Source of the DNA: a virus
Taxonomy: Duplodnaviria; Caudoviricetes
Direction: 5' to 3' (one strand)
IMG/VR virus record: IMGVR_UViG_3300042997_000592
Span: 1-28,545 of that record
Length of the DNA stretch: 28,545 nucleotides
The notes beneath the pieces were generated by a model. That model did not search any database and had not been told where the DNA came from. It saw only the letters and a program-made list of their open reading frames with translations. How positions within the stretch are numbered: the stretch's first letter is position 1; the number at the start of each line of letters is the position of its first letter. Shown here in pieces: positions 19,442 through 26,358 of this stretch. Position numbers and translations under genes: made by a program.

Positions 19442-19816
19442 ATGGGACATTATGCAAAAGTAGTAGACGGTCGAGTAGCACAAGTTATTGTTGCTGAAGC
19501 CGATTTTTTCACAACATTCGTGGACACCAGTCCTGGCGAATGGTTACAAACCAGTTACAACTCACGTGGCAATGTACATTACATGCCCAACAGCAGCACA
19601 CCATCAGGACAACCAGCACTGCGTGGCAACTATGCCGGCGTGGGTTACGCATACGATCGAACAAACGACGTATTTGTTCCGCCCTGTGATTTCCCCAGTT
19701 GGACACTGAGTACTGAGACTTGGTTATGGGAACCACCGACACCTTACCCTGATGATGGTAAAGTTTATCGTTGGGACGAAGCAACTACCAGCTGGGTAGA
19801 AATGACAGGAATATAA
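19442..19816 (+). CDS. Small Trp/Pro-rich phage protein, probable fibre/adhesin assembly factor (124 aa)
   Basis: Good SD. Motifs HYAKV...V.QVIVA, WLQTSYN, LRGNYAG.GY.YD, and a C-terminal PSW.L....WEPPTPYPDDG..Y.WDE...W reminiscent of tail-fibre-assembly proteins; embedded in the Gly-rich array. Function is inferred. Confidence 0.6.
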   Translation: MGHYAKVVDGRVAQVIVAEADFFTTFVDTSPGEWLQTSYNSRGNVHYMPNSSTPSGQPALRGNYAGVGYAYDRTNDVFVPPCDFPSWTLSTETWLWEPPTPYPDDGKVYRWDEATTSWVEMTGI

Positions 19817-19817
19817 T

Positions 19818-20753
19818 ATGCCTATAGTACTTGACGGCACTTCTGGAGTTATACCACCCAGCTGGACCACTGCTGGACGCCCAACTAACCCAACAGTGGG
19901 TCAGATGGGATGGAATTCTACCAATAATAGTGTAGAAGTTTATACTGGTTCCAGTGGCTGGACTGTTGTTGCCAGTAATGCATATAGCATAGACTATCTG
20001 TTAGTAGCAGGTGGTGCAGGCGGTGGTGGTAGATACTATTCAGGTGGTGGTGGCGCTGGTGGACTTATATCTGGGGCTAACACCAGTGTGACTCCTGGTA
20101 CCAGTTATACAATCACCATTGGTGCCGGAGGTGCCGGCGGATCTGGTGATAATGTCAGGGGAGTTAATGGATCTAATAGTAGCATCAGCGGATTGGGTAT
20201 CAATACTGCCGTTGGTGGTGGAGGTGGTGGTTCGTACAACAGTACCATTACTGGATTAAGTGGAGGTTCTGGTGGAGGTGGTTCAGGATACGGCGGAACA
20301 CCTGGGGTCGGTACAGCTGGCCAGGGATTTGCTGGCGGAACTGGTGGTACTTATGGTGGTGCCGGAGGTGGTGGCGCCGGCGGCGTAGGCGCCAATGGTG
20401 GCGCAAACAACGGTGGCGCAGGCGGAATCGGAGTAAGTAATTCATACAGTGGTGTAGCTACATATTACGCAGGTGGCGGTGGTGGCTCGCAGTACAGCGG
20501 TGGTACTCCTGGAGCAGGCGGACTGGGCGGCGGCGGTGCAGGCGAGAATAATTCTGGTGCGGTGGGAGGAACTGCCAATACCGGCGGTGGCGGTGGTGGG
20601 GCAAATACCACACCCGCTGGCGGCGCTGGTGGATCAGGTGTTGTTATCATTAGGTACTTGGGCACAACTCAACGAGCAACTGGTGGTGTGGTAACAATTA
20701 CAGGTGGATACGTGATCCACACCTTTAATAGTTCTGGAACTTATATAGCGTAA
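19818..20753 (+). CDS. Glycine-rich adhesin-like protein, paralog 3 (311 aa, short N-terminus)
   Basis: WTTAGRP..GQMGWNST variant module, polyglycine domain, ends HTFNSSGTYIA. Confidence 0.75.
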   Translation: MPIVLDGTSGVIPPSWTTAGRPTNPTVGQMGWNSTNNSVEVYTGSSGWTVVASNAYSIDYLLVAGGAGGGGRYYSGGGGAGGLISGANTSVTPGTSYTITIGAGGAGGSGDNVRGVNGSNSSISGLGINTAVGGGGGGSYNSTITGLSGGSGGGGSGYGGTPGVGTAGQGFAGGTGGTYGGAGGGGAGGVGANGGANNGGAGGIGVSNSYSGVATYYAGGGGGSQYSGGTPGAGGLGGGGAGENNSGAVGGTANTGGGGGGANTTPAGGAGGSGVVIIRYLGTTQRATGGVVTITGGYVIHTFNSSGTYIA

Positions 20754-20754
20754 A

Positions 20755-21804
20755 ATGCCCAACACCATTGACTATCGCACAACAGGCACCTCTGGATCTA
20801 TAGTTAGATCCAGCGATGGTTCTGCGATTTTAAATATACAAACAAATGGTACGACTGCAATTACCATCGATGCCAGTCAAAATATAATATTTGCCGGTAA
20901 TAGCAGCGTGGCTCTACCGTCGGGCAATACAGCACAGCGACCCAGTAGTCCAGTGTTGGGTATGGTCAGATACAATACGGATTACGCCGCTGTAGAAGGA
21001 TATTCCACTGCTGGGTGGATGGGACTATCCAAGAGTACTGATATTATTCTTGATCTTTTAATTGTAGCAGGTGGCGGTGGAGGTGGCTCTGGTGCAACTA
21101 GTCTGAATAACGGTGGCGGTGGTGGTGCAGGCGGGTACGTTTCAATTAATGGATACCCAGTTTCCCCTGGATCTTCTTTATCAGTAGTAGTTGGGGCAGG
21201 TGGAGCAGCAAACACAAACGGAACCAATTCTAGTATTGGTGTACTAGTTGGCGCAGGAGGTGGAGGTGGAGGTGGACAACATCCCCCGGTAGCAGCAAAA
21301 TCTGGTGGTTCTGGTGGCGGTGGCGGACCGTCAGGGACTGCGCCAGGTGCATCCGGTACATACGGTCAAGGAAATGCAGGTGGCACCGGCAATCCCAATA
21401 GTCCTTTTCAAGGTGGTGGTGGTGGTGGCGCAGGCGCAGTTGGTGGGTCGCCCAACGGAAATGGTGGAACCGGGCTTGCTAATTCCATATCAGGAACCTC
21501 TCTTTTTTATGCAGGCGGCGGAGGAGGTGGGGCAGATACTAGTGCAGGAACCGGCGGAAACGGGGGTGGTGGAAACGGAGGACTACCCAATTCTACAGTA
21601 CCAGCAGCAGGTACAACAAATCGTGGTGGTGGTGGCGGTGGTGGCGCCTCACAGGGATCGGCAATAGCTGGTGCATCTGGTGGATCAGGTATAGTCATTG
21701 TCCGATATGTAAGTCCTGTTCAACGTGGTACAGGTGGTACAGTGACCACAGTCAGTCCGTATATCATACATACATTTACTAGTTCAGGAACATTCACTAT
21801 ATGA
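20755..21804 (+). CDS. Glycine-rich adhesin-like protein, paralog 4 (349 aa)
   Basis: LNIQT N-module, TAQRP..GMVRYNT module, polyglycine domain, ends HTFTSSGTFTI. Confidence 0.75.
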   Translation: MPNTIDYRTTGTSGSIVRSSDGSAILNIQTNGTTAITIDASQNIIFAGNSSVALPSGNTAQRPSSPVLGMVRYNTDYAAVEGYSTAGWMGLSKSTDIILDLLIVAGGGGGGSGATSLNNGGGGGAGGYVSINGYPVSPGSSLSVVVGAGGAANTNGTNSSIGVLVGAGGGGGGGQHPPVAAKSGGSGGGGGPSGTAPGASGTYGQGNAGGTGNPNSPFQGGGGGGAGAVGGSPNGNGGTGLANSISGTSLFYAGGGGGGADTSAGTGGNGGGGNGGLPNSTVPAAGTTNRGGGGGGGASQGSAIAGASGGSGIVIVRYVSPVQRGTGGTVTTVSPYIIHTFTSSGTFTI

Positions 21805-23783
21805 CAACCAATATTAATGTAAGCGCAGCAGGATTGACACAGACAGTTGATGCCAGCGGTAATCTTCAAATACAGACAGCTAACGTGGCTGCTATAACCA
21901 TTGATCTAAATCAGAACGTTAGATTCAACGGTACCGGAGCACTAACCTTACCATCTGGTGACAGTACTCAACGCCCAGCAACAGCGGCCAATGGTGCCAT
22001 CCGATACAATACTTCTCTAAGTTCAATTGAGGGACTGATATCAGGAAGCTGGGCACCAATAAAAACTTTTTCTAGTATTACTGTTGATTATCTAATAGTC
22101 GCTGGCGGTGGTGGTGGCGGAAGTCAAGTAGGTGGTGGTGGTGGTGGTGGGGGAATAATACAAGGCTCTGGAATAACATTAACTCCTGGAACAAATTATT
22201 CTGTTACTGTCGGAGCAGGTGGTGCAGGTACAACATCTACTAGTAACCCTGGATCACAGGGATCTGGTTCAGCATTCAGCACATTTGCCACAGCCACTGG
22301 AGGTGGCGGCGGTGGATCACACCAGAACAACGGTACTGCTACATCAGGCGGATCAGGTGGTGGTGGTGGCGGCGGCGTAAGTGGAGGCAATGCTGCCGGA
22401 GCCGGCACCATGGGCCAGGGATTTGCAGGCGGCGCTGGTCAAGCCAGCGCCAATTGGTCAGGAGGTGGCGGAGGTGGTGCGGGTGGTATTGGTAACGTCG
22501 CCAATGTAACTGGAACTGGTGTTGGTGGGCGTGGTGGCGCCGGATTAGCCGTGTCTATAACCGGTAATCTTACATATTATGCCGGAGGTGGTGGTGGTTG
22601 CAGCGATGGCTCAGTAACCACCCTAGCAGCCGGTGGATTGGGCGGTGGTGGATCCGGATGGAGTACTACTACATATAACACTGATAAAAATGGTCAAGCC
22701 AACACTGGCGGCGGTGGTGGCGGTGTTAGAGATTATGTGTCCTCCAACGGACCCGGCGGCGCCGGCGGATCAGGTGTAGTTATAATACGATATGCTTCGG
22801 GTATACCACTGGCCACTGGTGGTAACACTATTACATCATATAGTTCTAGTGGTACAACCTATCAGGTTCATCAATTTAACTCATCTGGCACATTGACTAC
22901 TATAAATAACCCTACCTACCAGGTCAATGTCAATATGTGGGGTGGTGGGGGTGCTGGTGGAAATCCTGGTGGTTGGGTTTACGGCGCACCCGGGGGTGCT
23001 GGCGGAGCAGCCAGCGCGGTTTGGAATATATCACCAGGAACAGCTTATAACATTGTGGTTGGTGGCCCTGGTATTGTTAGTTCATTTAATACAGGTGCAG
23101 CGGGCGGTGGTGCACCAGCTTCACTTAACGGGTCTGATAACCGATATGGTAGTGGTTCAGGTGGATACAGCGGTATTTTCTTGTCATCAGGTATATCGCA
23201 AGCTACAGCTCTATTGATTGCTGGTGGCGGTGGCGGTGGAGGAAGTTCACGTGCAGGAACCGGAAACTCAGGTGGTGCGGGTGGCGGCACAACTGGTGAA
23301 ACTGGATATTCGCCATATGATGGAAAAATTGCTTACGCAGGAAAGGGTGGCACACAATCAGCTGCTGGTACAACAGCATCCAGCGATAGTGTAAACAATA
23401 CAGTGCAGCAAGGTGCATTACAAGGTGGAACCAGTCCTATAAACTCGTATGGTGGTGCTGGTGGTGGCGGTTATTGGGGTGGATCTGGTGGTGGGTATTC
23501 AGAATCCAATACTATGGCTGGTGGCGGAGGTGGCTCTGGATATATTGCACCCAATACTTTTGTAGCTGCAACACTATACCAAGGCTTGGCTACAACACCA
23601 GGAAACAGCACACACGCACTACGCGGAACCTACGGTAACGCCGGAGCAGTATCGAGTAACGGAACCGGAGGAGCAGTTATCATCTGGTACGCTGGCGCAC
23701 AAAAAGGATCGGGTGGTACAGTAACCAGTAGCGGCGGATACACTTATCACACGTTCACTACTGCTGGCAACTTTATCGCATAA
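21801..23783 (+). CDS. Glycine-rich adhesin-like protein, paralog 5, with two tandem Gly-rich domains (660 aa)
   Basis: ATGA overlap. First domain ends HQFNSSGT at about 22890; the second (MWGGGGAGG...LLIAGGGGG...GGTQSAAG...GGGGYWGG...GGGGSGYI) resembles the ALK/LTK-type Gly-rich domain; ends HTFTTAGNFIA. Confidence 0.75.
   Translation: MTTNINVSAAGLTQTVDASGNLQIQTANVAAITIDLNQNVRFNGTGALTLPSGDSTQRPATAANGAIRYNTSLSSIEGLISGSWAPIKTFSSITVDYLIVAGGGGGGSQVGGGGGGGGIIQGSGITLTPGTNYSVTVGAGGAGTTSTSNPGSQGSGSAFSTFATATGGGGGGSHQNNGTATSGGSGGGGGGGVSGGNAAGAGTMGQGFAGGAGQASANWSGGGGGGAGGIGNVANVTGTGVGGRGGAGLAVSITGNLTYYAGGGGGCSDGSVTTLAAGGLGGGGSGWSTTTYNTDKNGQANTGGGGGGVRDYVSSNGPGGAGGSGVVIIRYASGIPLATGGNTITSYSSSGTTYQVHQFNSSGTLTTINNPTYQVNVNMWGGGGAGGNPGGWVYGAPGGAGGAASAVWNISPGTAYNIVVGGPGIVSSFNTGAAGGGAPASLNGSDNRYGSGSGGYSGIFLSSGISQATALLIAGGGGGGGSSRAGTGNSGGAGGGTTGETGYSPYDGKIAYAGKGGTQSAAGTTASSDSVNNTVQQGALQGGTSPINSYGGAGGGGYWGGSGGGYSESNTMAGGGGGSGYIAPNTFVAATLYQGLATTPGNSTHALRGTYGNAGAVSSNGTGGAVIIWYAGAQKGSGGTVTSSGGYTYHTFTTAGNFIA
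22901..22908 (+). promoter_or_regulatory. Perfect T4 late promoter sequence TATAAATA inside paralog 5, at the domain junction
   Basis: Exact consensus; intragenic, so activity is unproven. Confidence 0.4.
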
Positions 23784-23786
23784 ATA
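23779..23786 (+). promoter_or_regulatory. Late promoter CATAAATA overlapping stop codon
   Basis: TAAATA at 23781-23786; SD AGGA at 23793-23796 precedes ATG 23804. Confidence 0.6.
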
Positions 23787-23803
23787 CCCAACAGGATACT
23801 GAT

Positions 23804-24553
23804 ATGCAAAAAATACAAAAACTATACCGTAAAAACTACCTGGGTGAAGAGGTGGTTCGCGATCTAACTTATCACGACGGCGCCTGGGACGAGTCCCGTG
23901 AATATGTGCCTAATAACGTGATCAATGAGCAGATCAGTAATCGTGCTGTGATTATCGGTAATGGTAGCAGTCGTCTGGAACTGGACCGAAACTTGTTCAA
24001 CTTGTTGGCCAATCACAAAGCCGGTCTGTTGGCCAGCAGTGCAGTACAAACCTATGGATGCAATGCCATCTACCGTGAATTCAATCCCGACTTTCTGATA
24101 GCCAATGGTCCTGAAATAGTAAACGAAATAGCCAACAGTGGTTATTGTGATAACGAAATTGTGTACAGCACCCAGAACGCTGTTCTGGATTATCCTGGTA
24201 AGTTTTATCTGACACCACAAAACCCACACTGGGACGCCGGTGCCATAGCAGCCTATCTGGCCTGTTTTGACGGACACGAAAAAGTATATCTATTGGGATT
24301 TGATGGACACAGTGGGGAAGAAGCGGCATTCTATAATGTGTATGCCGGCACCGCTGGATATCCAGCCAAGTCAGCTGGCAGCACCGAAGCATTCTATGCC
24401 AAATCGTTAAAGATGGTTATGGATACTTACAGTGATGTTGAGTTTGTTCGAGTGATGCCAACCAACACCTGGTATATGCCTGAACTGTGGAAGTATCAGT
24501 TGAACCTGACTCAGATTGGTTGGCGTGATTTTGTCTTTGACGTGGATTTATAA
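23804..24553 (+). CDS. Maf/DUF115 (MptE-like)/GT42 sialyltransferase-fold protein, putative glycosyltransferase (249 aa)
   Basis: Motif series AVIIGNGSSR...TYGCNAIY...PDFLIA...AGAIAAYLA..GHEKVYLLGFD matches the IIGNGPS/GCN/PD/IYLLGFD pattern of this superfamily. Confidence 0.6.
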   Translation: MQKIQKLYRKNYLGEEVVRDLTYHDGAWDESREYVPNNVINEQISNRAVIIGNGSSRLELDRNLFNLLANHKAGLLASSAVQTYGCNAIYREFNPDFLIANGPEIVNEIANSGYCDNEIVYSTQNAVLDYPGKFYLTPQNPHWDAGAIAAYLACFDGHEKVYLLGFDGHSGEEAAFYNVYAGTAGYPAKSAGSTEAFYAKSLKMVMDTYSDVEFVRVMPTNTWYMPELWKYQLNLTQIGWRDFVFDVDL

Positions 24554-24976
24554 TACAGTTTCCAGAGTACGGATCTTTTCCATAATACTCTGAAAGTTTA
24601 CAGTACGCCAGACCCCAGGATGCAACGGCCTGGGGTAATCATCTAAGGGTACCCAACAGTAACCGCGATGTTCGTGATTTAATTCTGGGACAAATTCTGC
24701 GTCAACTCTGATGACAAATGTGTGATAGACAAAGTGGCCAGACTCACTGGTAAACTTCTCCACTGGAATAATCTTGTTAGTACTGACGTCCAGATTTAAT
24801 TCTTCTCGGATCTCTCGCAGTAGTCCAGCAATCACGGTCTCACCATCATCAATCTTGCCGCCAGCCAGACCCCAGCTGCCATCGTGACTGTGGCCGTTGC
24901 GTAATAAAAACAGGTATCTGTGTGTTGCAGGACAATATAATAATGCCCCAGCAGATGTTAGAGTGCCAGACTCCAC
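24548..24976 (-). CDS. Nudix hydrolase
   Basis: Nudix box GKIDDGETVIAGLLREIREELNL (Gx5Ex7REUxEE), plus ELNHEH.GY.W and LHPG. Likely start is GTG at 24976, overlapping the end of the upstream gene; the ORF-track ATG at 25015 is an alternative. Confidence 0.85.
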   Translation of the reverse strand: MESGTLTSAGALLYCPATHRYLFLLRNGHSHDGSWGLAGGKIDDGETVIAGLLREIREELNLDVSTNKIIPVEKFTSESGHFVYHTFVIRVDAEFVPELNHEHRGYCWVPLDDYPRPLHPGVWRTVNFQSIMEKIRTLETVL

Positions 24977-26358
24977 TGACCGCCCGCGTACATTCCCTCG
25001 AAACTTTTTATCCATTCACCGTTGATCCACTTGTACTGTGCTCCAGTCACAAGATTAGTTACATATTGTAATGCATTTTCCTGCTGACTGTCAAACACCA
25101 CCACCCAATGACTGCCATTGTATTCAATGATGTCTCCACCCTGAGCAACCAGGTCCATATTGTCAGCACCACGCCAGCCCAGTGCGCCCTGCTCATTGGC
25201 ATAGCTGCCAATGGCCTGTGTTAGCAAGTATCTAGTGCCAGTGTCTGGTGATTGCAATACGCTGCCCACATCAACATTCAGTGGATCAATAATAGCATCA
25301 ATGGGATCCAGGGTGTTGGCTGGTAGAGTGTCGCCAAATGGTGTATAGATTAGACTATACGGATCAGTTGGGTGTTCAGCAATAGTACCCACAATCTCAG
25401 AGCCCGACTCTTGACGTAGTCTAACTCGGCTGGAACCAGATACAAAACGCCCGTACTGATCCAATAACTGAGCCCAGCTGAGATTATCTCCCACGATGAC
25501 ATATCTGTCATGACTGATCACACCATTCTTCTTGAGAAGTTTTATAGTATAAGTATTACCTACATTATTGACTACAATGCCGTATTCCAGCAGAGTCAAC
25601 AGTCGACTGCCGAATACTCCAAACGGTCCACCGGTGGTATCACTATAAAAATCGCCGTTGTATAACTCGTCCAAGTTGGTAATAACAGTCTGGATAACAC
25701 CCAGTTTCTTGACCTTGGCACTGCTGCTGATCCAGATGGGTAGATCAAATGTCATGGTGGCTATGTCAATAGGATCGTCAGTGCCAGTAGGCACACTACG
25801 ACTGGTCCAAAGTATATCAGTCAATAGAGCATAGCTCAAACTGCTCCAGTCCACATAGTTATCAGTACTCTGAATCTCCATTGCTGGATCAAATAGCTGA
25901 CTCAACTGTTCAATCAACTGTAGTTTTTGTTCTACATTACTGGTCCAGATGTCTAACTTCAGTGTCAGTTTATATGGCACAGGCATCAATCGTTCAATAG
26001 TATATGCTTCGCCCTGATTTTGTGTGTAAGTTCCAGTAACCTCGTCAAACTGACGTTCACGAATGTTTATCTTCTGTATCAGTGTGGGGTCTTGGACACG
26101 TTCACGATCAAACTGTAGGCCACTGACATACACCGCCATGGCTGGCACACGATGTACCACGTTATTGCTATTGCCAGTGATGATCTGTGCCACCTGACGG
26201 CTCTGGTCACCATAGATAACTGGCACACGCTGTAGAACCACTTGTCCGTCAGCATTTTTACCAAACTGTACTTCAAAGTTTGATACCATGCGTATAAACT
26301 GGGTAATAAAACGACGAATCTGACCGTCGTAAAAGAAGTTACTCTGCTCGATGCTCAT
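24958..26358 (-). CDS. gp15: T4 gp15-like tail terminator / sheath-stabilising completion protein with C-terminal extension (466 aa)
   Basis: FFYDGQIRRFITQF...RVPVIYG...P.MA....GLQFDRER...PVPY.L..KLDIW...EQKLQLIEQ...F.P follows the gp15 family pattern; directly downstream of a gp14-like gene with TAATG overlap. Confidence 0.7.
   Translation of the reverse strand: MSIEQSNFFYDGQIRRFITQFIRMVSNFEVQFGKNADGQVVLQRVPVIYGDQSRQVAQIITGNSNNVVHRVPAMAVYVSGLQFDRERVQDPTLIQKINIRERQFDEVTGTYTQNQGEAYTIERLMPVPYKLTLKLDIWTSNVEQKLQLIEQLSQLFDPAMEIQSTDNYVDWSSLSYALLTDILWTSRSVPTGTDDPIDIATMTFDLPIWISSSAKVKKLGVIQTVITNLDELYNGDFYSDTTGGPFGVFGSRLLTLLEYGIVVNNVGNTYTIKLLKKNGVISHDRYVIVGDNLSWAQLLDQYGRFVSGSSRVRLRQESGSEIVGTIAEHPTDPYSLIYTPFGDTLPANTLDPIDAIIDPLNVDVGSVLQSPDTGTRYLLTQAIGSYANEQGALGWRGADNMDLVAQGGDIIEYNGSHWVVVFDSQQENALQYVTNLVTGAQYKWINGEWIKSFEGMYAGGQWSLAL

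Noticed and set aside
22131-22148. (GGT)6 tract as a phase-variation or G-quadruplex element
   Set aside because: In-frame triplet run encoding polyglycine; slippage would not change frame.
326-23418. Many antisense and alternate-frame ORFs (e.g. 9875-10672, 265 aa; Pro-rich ORFs opposite the Gly-rich genes)
   Set aside because: Shadows of biased Thr/Gly/Ala/Asn codons (GGT gives poly-Pro or poly-Val in other frames); fully nested in real genes, with no expression signals noticed.
17589-23524. About 13 E. coli Chi octamers (GCTGGTGG) clustered in the adhesin array
   Set aside because: Expected from Ala-Gly-Gly codons with this genome's GCT/GGT preference; the host and its Chi sequence are unknown.
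17271-23783. DGR or shufflon as the diversification mechanism
   Set aside because: No reverse transcriptase, no template/variable repeat pair with adenine-specific differences, no recombinase, and all cassettes are complete co-oriented genes.
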